DNA of 61,342 nt, counting the filler, from Anaerolineae bacterium (GTDB taxonomy: Bacteria; Chloroflexota; Anaerolineae; Epilineales; Epilineaceae): NCBI GenBank assembly GCA_029262755.1. It is 6 parts of 6 records of this genome, joined end to end, with 100 filler letters (N's around TTAATTAATTAA, not from the genome) between each part and the next. Parts side by side here need not be neighbours in the genome. Positions count along the whole stretch, not along the records: positions 43,084 to 58,491 come from JAJCYU010000288.1; 5 more parts are not named here. One strand, given 5' to 3'. The position numbers and the translations under genes are program-made. The notes beneath the pieces are model-generated. The model saw only the letters and a program-made list of their open reading frames with translations, did not search any database and was not told the origin of the DNA. Position 1 is the stretch's first letter. Every line of letters starts with the position of its first letter. Of this stretch, positions 49,201 to 57,270 are shown one piece after another.

Positions 49201-50331
49201 ACCCGCGGCTCACGACCCGGCGGCGGCACGGGAACGGCCTTTGCATATGACAGCCTTGGCCGCGTGACCGGCATCGCGCCAAGCGGGGACGCGTCGGGGC
49301 CCTTCGAGCCGCTCCGCCTGGACGGCGCCGGCAATCGCGTGTCCGTCGGCGACGCCCCGTGGCAAGCAGACGGTGTGCACGCCTACGTCGCGGTCGACGG
49401 TCTGGCGCGCGCCCATGACGACAACGGCAACGTCGTGCGCGACAATCGCTTCACGTACCACTGGGACTATGCGGACCGTCTCGTCGCGGTAGACCGAGCG
49501 GCAGACGGCGCCCGCGTCGCGCGCTATCGCTACGACGCGTTCGGCAGACTCGCGGGCCGCATCATCTATGACGTGGACGGCGTCCCGCGCGACATCGTGC
49601 ACCTCAATGACGCCCGAGACGTGGTCGAGGATCGGGACGGACAACGCTTGCGCATGCTGCGGCGCTACTACTACGGGCGCAGCTCCGGGGCGCCGCGTGT
49701 CCACGCCTATGGTTCAGGCCTCGACCACGATGAGCGCGCCGCACTGAGCGCCATCGATGTCGTGCTCGACGGCGACGGTGTGGCCGACGATCGCTTCTTG
49801 GTCCACCTAGACCCGCGCGGCGACTTATTGGCTTTGACCGCCCGCCGTGTCGAGCTGGACGACGAAGAACGAGAGATCCCGCGCATGGAGCTCATCGGTC
49901 GGGCGTCGGTGGGCCCGTGGGGCGAACCGCGGGGCGAATTGCTGCCGGGCGATATCGCCCACCGCTTCGCCGGCATGCCGGTCGATCCGGAGACCGGTCT
50001 GTATCGCCACGAGAGCGGCCGTCTCTACGATCCGGCCCTCGGTCGGTGGCTGCAGCCGGATGCCGCGGGCGGCTGGGCGGAGCCATGGGAGCTTGGCAAC
50101 CCCTACGCCTTCGCGGGCCATCGTCCTGCCCTCGGCGACGGCATGCGCGGCGTGTGGGCCCCGGTGGTCGTGCCACCCGAGACCCGTGTCGCGATCGTGC
50201 GCGCGCCGGCGGCGTGGCCGCGGGACGCGGGGCCGGGCATGGCCGATGCGCACGTGGCCGCACCCAGCACTGCGAACGGCTTCCGTGACGCCGATCCGCG
50301 GTTGGGGCTACCGGTCACAGGCACGCGGTGA
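43231..50331 (+). CDS. Large RHS/YD-repeat protein with Pro/Thr-rich regions (5' end incomplete or uncertain)
   Basis: DUF6531-like segment (VFLHSGE...GRGFDWRLER...LGHGWS), many YD repeats (YDAQRRL, YDPLGR, YDGFDRL, YDAFGR), RHS core (PETGLY...RLYDPALGRWLQPD...NPYAF). Confidence 0.85.
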   Translation: MQRLDLLIDDGSAASPPSATPPSTSPPGATPTGTSPATATPPGATPTTGPTAVGTGTATATSAVPTTSPTAPPPSATATSTSTSTSTPSPTPPPTATHTPGPTATSTATRTPIPTPTATPPPATQTPTAPPASATPTASVTPSPTAGPSESPTASRTPRPSATPSVTPTATATVTLTPSITPTPTRTATPSITPSPTNTAGPSPTPTATFTPRPTATPRATATLGAPTETPGPDAPGLVPRFRLPQEPPGVPATGSEMDVPRHRGIDIVSELPPLPAWLAEGVPGLPGGPDPWGRPLLEPWLGDPAAQRPELDALVLATPVATARPCAEPCGAWEPSSPSATEVAAGVGGAHPFAAPDPRTLVRDEALARDTGLRGPGETGDRVGVFLHSGEPYVHAVDLVVGGRGFDWRLERRWRGGAAIQGALGHGWSLSFERRMVRVDDTNLGTIDPGLFPIESGDWLRLDGYGRVDRYAVIPGAATTWRSPPGFHTTLVASDDGGLVERDRRGVVARYLPPDGQGVARLSTLADRHGNTMTFRYDGSSRLVAIEDTFGRTMTLRWGVELPVPLLAEVEDHAGRIVRYEYDAQRRLTGVIGPRSAAGPGAFEQPIVRRYEYDAFADGAGIHRLRRVSEPAFDEFGLLPTRARLDWSPGGRLVAFTFGPEDAARPGGGTIRYTRGPGEDGADSVMGVLDENGRRVDYGLDPDGRMVWRKVHADRDLDPEAPEHWITRYEYGALGQVLAVHRPEGNSLRWGYAEGLDTLAAGDVVRQSHHADGVRGGSQSVVTTTWTYDPVYRRVVGVTFPRGHDPDFSPSVGASMSPGRYSITRTLDYQEGMDVFALAAEAGLSPPEMRQRLDAAGMELDLGDVNGDGRIDARAGDAVVVRWPDVALREDDPWAARYGEARQVVESRIVWDDVGRPVAWTDPEGNRTRIEFMPENDPEGDGRDHLDGRGNAPLGLPAARVRDADPEAPPGPSPTASPSPPATVPPPTATAGPTDTATVPAPTATVAPASPTPDASATPETSATPGATPTPGGPSPTTPAASATPQASLTPPIGGPTPTVGDGSTIFLPYTENEAPTTLESADAADGATGAGGSHAAQAAAMAQGPTPIALPRNGGEGGDYLAVRESFGYDRIGRPRRWVDGRGVAHERRLDAAGGVQVMIRALDVSEAIARSEQGAAPPNWSGCVDAALPECEAMTAYAHQIRFWRNADGLPVRREVDHFGAPTDYAPEVLAPITVVDQRDYDPLGRVVEERRRMRAEPPQDMVARLSYDRAGNAILLRSPIATLADTDPLRQPAAVTAWVYDPLDRPARVTTGGLPDGFAQRAGHGWLSASVVAAINADPAALPVTEDWRYDGNGNARLHTHAVDRNGDGRPESTHYAYDGFDRLISVIDAAGGQELREHDPEGRLVTTSRYGPSGGPSPLTNAAATFDPPFVHARMNQALLERSRFDHDELGRLIARRDWLGSYTDVLYVRAPALRDGPLGTPGDGWISTHWHYDRASRASHVVLDDGAVTAYAHDGLHRLVRKEDAEGGERRWAWDGAGLLRTHAERWTPRPRDLVLGRMPETELSRITALTYDALGRPVRAVDGLGEAVRWSWDSLDRLVGIYDARHDGADAQRIADPLGQLTSLRTTSGELLPTARLTRPGNETAFAWDAAGRRVGEMRWLRADGTASGPLEAGQEPNRDGRVAVDFAWDPNGRLVAQADDGTTTGDDNDTPGWIERPFDAARGNVTQRSYDVHGRHVGTVRADGGRLAYTWDPDGVLRASVDANGTRVERVLDVLGRATRLQITPGTSELPHPAGGARRGEVTWAVTGTRTVRYEWDGLDRLTSAVAEQPGDVAGAPARRMVVNLARDTIGRVVEERAGDLILSREFAGRGTRIGLVHPDGTRLRDRRDRLGRLEERELVGTASNEPPLVRYAWFGPLVAEALRSDGSRATLLLPDLVPDAEAQRLAGLDPIGRVVAVDTRGPAGTPVLAVSRTFEVGGLVATRGSRPGGGTGTAFAYDSLGRVTGIAPSGDASGPFEPLRLDGAGNRVSVGDAPWQADGVHAYVAVDGLARAHDDNGNVVRDNRFTYHWDYADRLVAVDRAADGARVARYRYDAFGRLAGRIIYDVDGVPRDIVHLNDARDVVEDRDGQRLRMLRRYYYGRSSGAPRVHAYGSGLDHDERAALSAIDVVLDGDGVADDRFLVHLDPRGDLLALTARRVELDDEEREIPRMELIGRASVGPWGEPRGELLPGDIAHRFAGMPVDPETGLYRHESGRLYDPALGRWLQPDAAGGWAEPWELGNPYAFAGHRPALGDGMRGVWAPVVVPPETRVAIVRAPAAWPRDAGPGMADAHVAAPSTANGFRDADPRLGLPVTGTR
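43270..43935 (+). repeat. Coding Pro/Thr-rich low-complexity repeat (TPTP/TATP linker)
   Basis: About 220 codons dominated by ACG/ACC/CCG. Confidence 0.85.
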
Positions 50332-50333
50332 TC

Positions 50334-50413
50334 GCACGGGGATACGGGGGCACAGGAGGTAGGGCCGCTGAGGCACAGAGGCGCTGAGGAGCAGGGGCGC
50401 TCGGGGTGCGAGG
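50334..50413 (+). repeat. Degenerate 8-nt tandem repeat (about 10 units) after the RHS stop
   Basis: gcacgggg/atacgggg/gcacagga/ggtagggc/cgctgagg/cacagagg/cgctgagg/agcagggg/cgctcggg/gtgcgagg. Confidence 0.5.
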
Positions 50414-50518
50414 GATCGCGTACGGTGCTCGGGACGACCGCTCACGTGCGTTTCAATGACGCGCGCCACCTGATGAGCAATGCCTGAGGAATGCAGGGGA
50501 CCGGCCGTCGGTCGTACA

Positions 50519-52399
50519 ATGGTCGACGTGAACGATCAATCGCAAGGCCACAGCGGCACGTCCTACAGCGCTCGATGCTCGATTTTCTTGGGGCTCGTGC
50601 TTGCAGGCACGATGCTCGGCGCCTGCTCGCCGGGCGGCGATCCGGCCCCCGTGGCCGAGCTTCCGGCGTCGTCCACACCGGCGCCCACGGCCACCGCGAC
50701 CGTCCCTCCCTTGCTCATCGTGGACGCCGCCGCGAAGCCGCGCGACGTCGCCCCGGTTCCCGGTGCGGGCGCACCGTGCGGCATCGTCGACACGTTGGAC
50801 GCGCCGCTCGAGCCACCGGACGGTCTCGGCTCGGGCGTGCGCTGGCCCTACGGCATCAAGAGCCGGCGCTACGGTGGCAAGTACCACGCGGGCGAAGATT
50901 GGGGCCTGCGCGGTGGGCGCAACCTCGGCAAGCCCGTGTACACGATTGGGCACGGCCAGGTGATCTATTCGGCTCCGCTCGGCTGGGGCCGCGATCAGGG
51001 CGTGATGATCGTCCGCCATGCCTTCGAAGACGGCGATACGGTCCTGTCCTTCTACGGCCATCTCGACCCGCCGAGCGTGACGCTGCCGGTCGGCTCGTGT
51101 GTCGCGCGCGGCGCGATGCTGGCACGCATCGGGAACCCACGCACCTCGCCCCACCTGCACTTCGAGATCCGCGACCACATGCCCAACGAGCCCGGCCCCG
51201 GCTATTGGTCGGTTGACCCCGCGCTCGCGGGTTGGCACCCGCCCTCGTTGTTCATCTGGACGCAGCGCATCCGAACGACGCCGGGCGTCGCCTGGACGCG
51301 TACCGTAACCGAGCCGCTGCGAGCCGCGTTGGGACCGGCGGCGGACGGTACCATCGTGATCCAGCCCGATGTGCGACGGTTGATCGGCTTGGATGCCGCC
51401 GACGGCACCGAGCGCTGGACGATCACCGTCGCCCGGCCCTTGGCGGACGCCGTCCTGGATGCCGACGGCGATACGCTGTACCTGCTCGACCGACTCGGCA
51501 GCGTTGCCGCGTTGGCGCTCGGCGGGACGACGGGCGACGATCCCGCGGCGCTGGACGGGTGGATCACAGCGCGCGCGGGCCGCGCCGGCGCGCCGAGCGT
51601 GCTATGGGCGGACGACGCCGGTCGCGGCGCGAGCCCGACCATCATCGCCCTGCCGGGCCCCGGCGGCGGTGTCGCCGTCCAGGCCGGAGAGATCTTACGC
51701 GGCTTCTGGCCGGACGGGCGCGTCGGATGGTCCGTCGCCGGTCTGCCACCGGTCGATGGCCACGCGCTCGCGGACGGTTGGATCGTGCTCACCACCCCCG
51801 AGCAGAGCGGCTCCGTCCGTCGCGAGACCGTGCCCGCCGAAGGACCCGGCGGCGGCCTGCGTATCGTCGCGCTGCCGCTACCCGGTCGGCCGGCCGTGGC
51901 CGGCAACCGCGCGTTCGTGCTTCACGCCGAGGGCGTGTGGTCCGCGCGGCTCGACGGCCCCGACGTCGTGCGCCGCCACCCCTTGCCCCGCGGCGTGCTC
52001 GACGAAGGCCAGATCCTTACGCTGGCCGATGGCGGCGCGCTCGTGACCCACCGCGGTGTTGCCAATCGCAGACTGCTGCGGCTCGATGCCTCGGGCGGCC
52101 TCGTCTGGGATCGCCGCATCGACCACGTCGACCCCCGCCTGCCCAGCCTGTTGCGCACACGCGGCCTGACCGGGCCCGCGCCGCGGCTCGTCACCGCTTC
52201 GAGTGACGTGTTGCGGCTGGACCTGCTCACCGGCGAAGCCACGCGCGTCTTCGCGGGTGGCGCACGGGTCAGCGGCGGCCGAGCACTCGCCCCGCCCCAA
52301 GCCCTGAACGAGGGCACGCTGCTGGTACAACTCGATACCGGCGGGCCTGAGGGGCTGCTGGTCGCCATCGAGCCCGAAGGCGACGTGCAGGCCGAGTAG
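50519..52399 (+). CDS. M23-family metallopeptidase lipoprotein with C-terminal beta-propeller-like region
   Basis: Lipobox MLGAC, HAGED (HxxxD), YGHL, PHLHFEIR. PQQ-like repeats downstream (GLDAADGTERW). Start uncertain. Confidence 0.85.
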   Translation: MVDVNDQSQGHSGTSYSARCSIFLGLVLAGTMLGACSPGGDPAPVAELPASSTPAPTATATVPPLLIVDAAAKPRDVAPVPGAGAPCGIVDTLDAPLEPPDGLGSGVRWPYGIKSRRYGGKYHAGEDWGLRGGRNLGKPVYTIGHGQVIYSAPLGWGRDQGVMIVRHAFEDGDTVLSFYGHLDPPSVTLPVGSCVARGAMLARIGNPRTSPHLHFEIRDHMPNEPGPGYWSVDPALAGWHPPSLFIWTQRIRTTPGVAWTRTVTEPLRAALGPAADGTIVIQPDVRRLIGLDAADGTERWTITVARPLADAVLDADGDTLYLLDRLGSVAALALGGTTGDDPAALDGWITARAGRAGAPSVLWADDAGRGASPTIIALPGPGGGVAVQAGEILRGFWPDGRVGWSVAGLPPVDGHALADGWIVLTTPEQSGSVRRETVPAEGPGGGLRIVALPLPGRPAVAGNRAFVLHAEGVWSARLDGPDVVRRHPLPRGVLDEGQILTLADGGALVTHRGVANRRLLRLDASGGLVWDRRIDHVDPRLPSLLRTRGLTGPAPRLVTASSDVLRLDLLTGEATRVFAGGARVSGGRALAPPQALNEGTLLVQLDTGGPEGLLVAIEPEGDVQAE

Positions 52400-52452
52400 G
52401 GGTGCAGGCCGAGTAGGCGGCGGGGCTGGGTAGGTGTGCAGGTTGCGTAGGC
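52385..52452 (+). repeat. 17-nt tandem repeat (4 degenerate units) spanning the M23 stop codon
   Basis: gtgcaggccgagtaggg / gtgcaggccgagtaggc / ggcggggctgggtaggt / gtgcaggttgcgtaggc. Confidence 0.6.
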
Positions 52453-52684
52453 CCGCCGGTCGACAAGTCGTGTAGGCCGAGGAAGTGCCCATTCGATCGG
52501 CATGGCGGATCGTGTTGGCGGCATCACCGGTTTATCGACCTAGTCGCGACGGTCGCCGTTTGCCGAATCGCTACCACGAAACAGCGCACGCGGGCGTTCG
52601 ACTCCAACTTGCAACCCGCGCTCATCGCGACGAACCTCACGACCCACCGTCGCCGCGATTCGTTCGTTCCCGCTGGAGTGCCCC

Positions 52685-53998
52685 ATGTCCCTGCATCCCG
52701 CGCCGGGTGATCATCTTCCACCATTCGGTGGCGACGCCGCCTTCCCCTCCTTCGATGCGGCGTGCACGCATGCCGGCGAGCTGAACCTGGGCATGAAGAC
52801 GCCGCCCCTCTCGCCGCCGATCGTGCGTGCGTCCGTCTTCGCGCCTGGCGATCTCGACGCGTTGGAGGGAGCCATCACCGGCGCCGAAGACCACTGGGCC
52901 TATGCGCGCAACGCGAACCCGACGGTCGATGCCTTCGAGCGCGCCGTCGCGGCGCTGGAGTGCGCCGTACGCGCCGTTGCGGCGGCCAGCGGCATGGGCG
53001 CCATCGGTTCCGTGCTCCTGGGGCTGTGCGCCGCGGGTGACCGCGTCGTGACGACGGACGCGCTCTACGGCGTGACGCGTCGCCTGATGGACGAGCATCT
53101 AGGTCCTGCGGGGGTCCAGGTCGAGCACCGGTCCGGGCCGGCAATAGCGAAGCTGGTTGCCGCGGGCGGCGCACTGCCGGCCGATACCCGCATGGTCTAT
53201 ACGGAGCTCGTCGCCAACCCGATGCTCGAGGTGGCGGACCTCGATGCCTTGGCCGTCGCGGCGCACGCCGTGGGCGCACTGCTGGTGGTCGACGCGACGT
53301 TCGCGACGCCGGCGTTGTGCCGGCCCTTGTCGCATGGCGCGGATATCGTCATCCATAGCGCTACGAAGTACCTGGGTGGCCACGGCGACCTCATCCTCGG
53401 CGTCGCGGCGGGTACGGCGGAAACCATGGCCTCCGTGCACAACACGATGGCCACCCTGGGCGCAAGCGCCGACCCGACCGCGGCGTGGCTGGCGCTGCGC
53501 GGCATGCGTACCCTCCACCTGCGGATGGAGCGCCACGGAGCCAACGGCGCCGCGGCGGCCGCGTGGCTGGATGGCCGACCGGAGGTCACGCGTGTGTGGT
53601 ATCCAGGACTGGCCACGCACGGCACGCATGCCGCAGCGGTGCGCATGCTGGGCGGTGGGCCGCCGGCACGGGCAACGGACGGCGGATCACCCGGTACGCC
53701 GCGCTCGGATGCGTCGGACCCCGCGCCCAACTTCGGGGGCATGGTCAGCTTCGAGCTCGCAGGGGGTAGGCCCGCGGTGGAGCGCTTCTTGGGTGGTGTG
53801 CGCTTGATCCGGCTCGCACCGAGCCTTGCGGATGTGACCACGACGCTCTCCTACCCGGCCACGACATCCCATCGCGGGGTCGGGGCCGAAGTACGCGCCG
53901 CTGCAGGCATCACCGACGGCGTACTGCGCCTCTCCTGCGGCCTGGAAGCCGCACGCGACGTGCTCGAGGATCTCGAGCGCGGGCTCGGGGCGCTCTGA
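52685..53998 (+). CDS. Cys/Met metabolism PLP-dependent enzyme (cystathionine gamma-synthase/lyase family)
   Basis: YARNANPT, ASGMGAI, VVDATFATP, HSATKYLGGHGD (PLP Lys), FGGMVSF, LRLSCGLE. Confidence 0.92.
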   Translation: MSLHPAPGDHLPPFGGDAAFPSFDAACTHAGELNLGMKTPPLSPPIVRASVFAPGDLDALEGAITGAEDHWAYARNANPTVDAFERAVAALECAVRAVAAASGMGAIGSVLLGLCAAGDRVVTTDALYGVTRRLMDEHLGPAGVQVEHRSGPAIAKLVAAGGALPADTRMVYTELVANPMLEVADLDALAVAAHAVGALLVVDATFATPALCRPLSHGADIVIHSATKYLGGHGDLILGVAAGTAETMASVHNTMATLGASADPTAAWLALRGMRTLHLRMERHGANGAAAAAWLDGRPEVTRVWYPGLATHGTHAAAVRMLGGGPPARATDGGSPGTPRSDASDPAPNFGGMVSFELAGGRPAVERFLGGVRLIRLAPSLADVTTTLSYPATTSHRGVGAEVRAAAGITDGVLRLSCGLEAARDVLEDLERGLGAL

Positions 53999-54014
53999 GC
54001 GGGAATCGGTTGCC

Positions 54015-54962
54015 CTACGTTTCGTCCGCTGCCTCGTCCGCCGGCTCGTCCGGTGCGCGATGCATGTACACGGTGCGCACGGGGAAGGGCATATCGAAGC
54101 CGTTCGCGTCGAGGGCTTCCTTGATCGCGGCAACGACTCGGCTCTGGGTGTGCACGAGGGAGCCGCGCTGGGCGTCGGTCCACCAACGGGCGCGCAGGAC
54201 CACGGCCGAGTCAGCCAGCTCGGTGGTCAGCACATCGGGCGCCGGCTCTTCCAGGACGCCCTCGATGCCGCGCACGGTCTCCAGCAGGAGCGCGGCCCCC
54301 GCCTCGCGGTCGTCCTCGTAGCCGATCCCGACGTCGAATTGCGATCGACGGACCGGATGGGCGGTGTTGATCGTCACGGCCTTCGTGAAGATGTAGGCGT
54401 TCGGGATGACCACGAGGCGGTTGTCATAGGTCTTTATGCGCGTGGCACGGGTCTCGATGGCGACGACCGTACCCTCATGGCCGTCGATGACGATCTGGTC
54501 GCCGATGCGGAAGGGCTCCTGGGCCAGAAGGAGCAGGCCGGCGATGAAGTTCTCGAGGATGTCACGGAATGCGAACCCGATCGCGACGCTGCCCACGCCA
54601 AGGGCGCCCACGATCTGGCCGAAGTTCATGGAAGGCGACACGATGGTCATGGCGACCAGCCCGCCCACCAACAGCACGAACCAGCGTGTCAGGCGGCTGT
54701 AGAGCACCTGCGCGCCTGTCGACAGGCCGGCGCGATTGATTGCGCCGGCCATGACGCGACGCGCGAGACCCGCCAAGAACCAGAATGCGACGAGCGCACC
54801 CAGCGCAACGGCGAACTGCGGCAACCGCGCGACCACGCCCTCCACCATGCTATCGAGCGTGTTGACGGCTAGGTCGAGCGACGCACCGACATCGCCGGCG
54901 CCTTCCGGTGAGCCCGGCAGGCCGTCGGATGGGGTCGTGGGAACGGGCTGCATGAGGCGCAT
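54015..54962 (-). CDS. Small-conductance mechanosensitive channel (MscS family)
   Basis: GVGSVAIGFAFRDILENFIAG, PFRIGD, IPNA, DMPFP. Start inferred. Confidence 0.92.
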   Translation of the reverse strand: MRLMQPVPTTPSDGLPGSPEGAGDVGASLDLAVNTLDSMVEGVVARLPQFAVALGALVAFWFLAGLARRVMAGAINRAGLSTGAQVLYSRLTRWFVLLVGGLVAMTIVSPSMNFGQIVGALGVGSVAIGFAFRDILENFIAGLLLLAQEPFRIGDQIVIDGHEGTVVAIETRATRIKTYDNRLVVIPNAYIFTKAVTINTAHPVRRSQFDVGIGYEDDREAGAALLLETVRGIEGVLEEPAPDVLTTELADSAVVLRARWWTDAQRGSLVHTQSRVVAAIKEALDANGFDMPFPVRTVYMHRAPDEPADEAADET

Positions 54963-55044
54963 AGGTTCTTGTCCGGGGGCGGGGGAAACGCTGGCGGGTA
55001 GGAATGCGACCGGGGGACGATGACCGCCCCCCGGTCGGACGGGA

Positions 55045-55479
55045 TCAGCTCTCCGATTCTTCCATCTCGAGGTCGAGATCGATGCCATCGGCGTCATCGC
55101 CGCCTTCCACCATCTCGGCGAGCGCCATCACGGCGCCGGCGGGATCCTTGATCACGATGAAGCCGTGGGGCGTACGGTCGGACACGATTTCGCCGCCCAA
55201 GTTGACGGCGCGCGCCGCGGACGCCGCGAGATCATCGACCGTGACGTACATCATCCACTGCGCGGGCATGCCCAGGTTGGGACCGCGGTGGTGGACGATC
55301 CCGGCGACGGCTTCGCCCGTGCCCGGCGGTGCCATCAGGTAGTCTTCGTAGCCATCCATGTCGGCCTCGCCGACCTCCCAGCCGATCACCTCCGAGTAAA
55401 AATCACGGAGGGCAGGGGCATCTTCGACGGTCAGGTCGATCCAAACCGGCTGGCCGGCGGGCATGCTGTCGTTGCTCAT
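55045..55479 (-). CDS. VOC/glyoxalase family protein
   Basis: VWIDLTV...FYSEVIGW, WMMYVTVDDL, IKDPAGA. GAGGAG site upstream. Confidence 0.88.
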   Translation of the reverse strand: MSNDSMPAGQPVWIDLTVEDAPALRDFYSEVIGWEVGEADMDGYEDYLMAPPGTGEAVAGIVHHRGPNLGMPAQWMMYVTVDDLAASAARAVNLGGEIVSDRTPHGFIVIKDPAGAVMALAEMVEGGDDADGIDLDLEMEESES

Positions 55480-55689
55480 CGGGCAGGACTCCTCAAGGTG
55501 TGGGACGTGTGATTGTGCAGATTGCTACAGCTACGGGTGCCGAAATGGGCCCAAGAATGCAAGGGCCAGAGCCCAAGAATAGACGGACATGTATATACGA
55601 GTCGATGGGACGCGCTTCTAGGAGATGCGGCGCGCGACTCCCCGACCGTATGTGCAAGAAAATCTGACGCTGCGAGCGTAGCAGCCGCG

Positions 55690-57270
55690 TCAACCCTCGG
55701 CCACCCCTGGCTCGAGGTGGATCGTCACGCGCTCGAGCTCGGGGGCCGCGGCGCGGAGCCGATGCTCGAGCCGCTCGGCGAGGGAGTGCGCCGCGCCCAA
55801 CGAGAGATCACCGCGGGCATAAACGTGGGTCGAGAGGCGAACGTCGGAGCTCGTGCGTACGGCCTCGACGTCATGTCCGTTCCACAGGCCGTCGATCGCC
55901 GCGACGTGCTCTGCAACGAGGGCCGGCCAGTCCCGTTCGCCGGCCGCACGGACCGCAACCGTCTTACCGTGCCGCGGCTCGAGGTGGCTGACCACGCGAT
56001 CGACGCTCGGCGCGGTTCTGCGCACGGCAGCCTCGACGGAGTCGGCAACGGCGTGAGCCTGCGCAAGGGTCAATCCAGGATCCAACTCCAAGTGCAGCGC
56101 GACTTCCACGTAGCCCGAGGCGCTCTCGTGGACGACGATCTCATGCGCCTCGACGTCGAAGTCCGCGAGCGCAAGGCGGACGCGCCGCCCGACGGCGCCT
56201 TCGGCCAGCGCCCACTCGGGCTCGACGTGCACCACGACATCGCGGGCCGCGGGGAAGGCGCCGCGCAGTCGGTCTTGCACGGCGTGCCCGATCGCGTGGG
56301 CGCGGCCGATGCCAAGGTGCGGATCCACTTGAACGTGCAGATCGACGGCAACGGCGTCGGCCGTGCCGCGGCTGCGAACCTTGTGCGTGCCCGCCACGCC
56401 CGCCACATCGCCCGCGATCTGCCTTACCGCGGCCGGATCGAGTACCGCGGCATCGGCCAGCACCGCGCCCGTGTCGCGCACGATGTGCCAGCCGACGCGT
56501 GCGACGTAGGCGGCCACGGCGAGCGCGAGCAACGGATCGACGAGCGTCCAGCCGGCGCGAATCGCGAGCAGGCCGACGATCAACACCAGCGAGATGAGCG
56601 CATCGGCGCGCGTATGGCTGGCATCGGCCTCCAAGAGCTCGCTGCCCAACTCGCGGCCGCGCCGGCTCTCGTACATCGAAGCCGTGATGTTGAGCACGAA
56701 CGCGACGAGCGGCGCACCGAGGGCAATTGCGCCGATCCGCGGCACGACCGGCGCTTCGACCAAGCCGGCCAAGGGGCCGGCGGTTCCGGGGGCCATGGCG
56801 GCCAAGCGAAGCACGGCCTCCCATCCCAACCGCCCGCACGTGAGCAGCAACAGCCCCGCGATCCCGACGGCGACGAGCGTTTCGACCTTGCGGTGGCCGT
56901 AGGGGTGGTCATCGTCCGGTGGGCGGGCCGCGATGCGGGTGGCGATCAAGGCGGCGATGTTGGCCAGCCCGTCGAAGGCCGCATCGATGCCGCCGGCGAG
57001 CAGCGCAAGGCTGCCGCTCAGCGCACCGGCCGCGAGCTTCACCGCCGCCGCGCCGAGGTTGAGACCGAGCGTGATCCAGAGCACGCGGGAGATCGCGCGC
57101 GCCCGAACCGCAGGCTCGAGCGGCGTGAGCGCAGTTGGGTGTGGATCGGCGGTCGCCTGTGGATCGGACGGCGTCGGAAACGGTTTGGGAGCCGTGACGA
57201 CCGGTTCGCTATCGCCCGATTTCTCCGCGTCCTTCTTCGCGGGATCCGTAGGGCGCAGGGCGCTAGCCAT
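55690..57270 (-). CDS. Cation diffusion facilitator transporter with tandem C-terminal dimerisation domains
   Basis: [33 protein letters not shown], followed by three similar domains each ending (V/S/I)H(V/L)EP. Start is the ATG at 57270. Confidence 0.88.
   Translation of the reverse strand: MASALRPTDPAKKDAEKSGDSEPVVTAPKPFPTPSDPQATADPHPTALTPLEPAVRARAISRVLWITLGLNLGAAAVKLAAGALSGSLALLAGGIDAAFDGLANIAALIATRIAARPPDDDHPYGHRKVETLVAVGIAGLLLLTCGRLGWEAVLRLAAMAPGTAGPLAGLVEAPVVPRIGAIALGAPLVAFVLNITASMYESRRGRELGSELLEADASHTRADALISLVLIVGLLAIRAGWTLVDPLLALAVAAYVARVGWHIVRDTGAVLADAAVLDPAAVRQIAGDVAGVAGTHKVRSRGTADAVAVDLHVQVDPHLGIGRAHAIGHAVQDRLRGAFPAARDVVVHVEPEWALAEGAVGRRVRLALADFDVEAHEIVVHESASGYVEVALHLELDPGLTLAQAHAVADSVEAAVRRTAPSVDRVVSHLEPRHGKTVAVRAAGERDWPALVAEHVAAIDGLWNGHDVEAVRTSSDVRLSTHVYARGDLSLGAAHSLAERLEHRLRAAAPELERVTIHLEPGVAEG

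Noticed and set aside
52385..52452. Possible mini-CRISPR
   Set aside because: Units are contiguous with no unique spacers and are too short, and there are no cas genes in the window.
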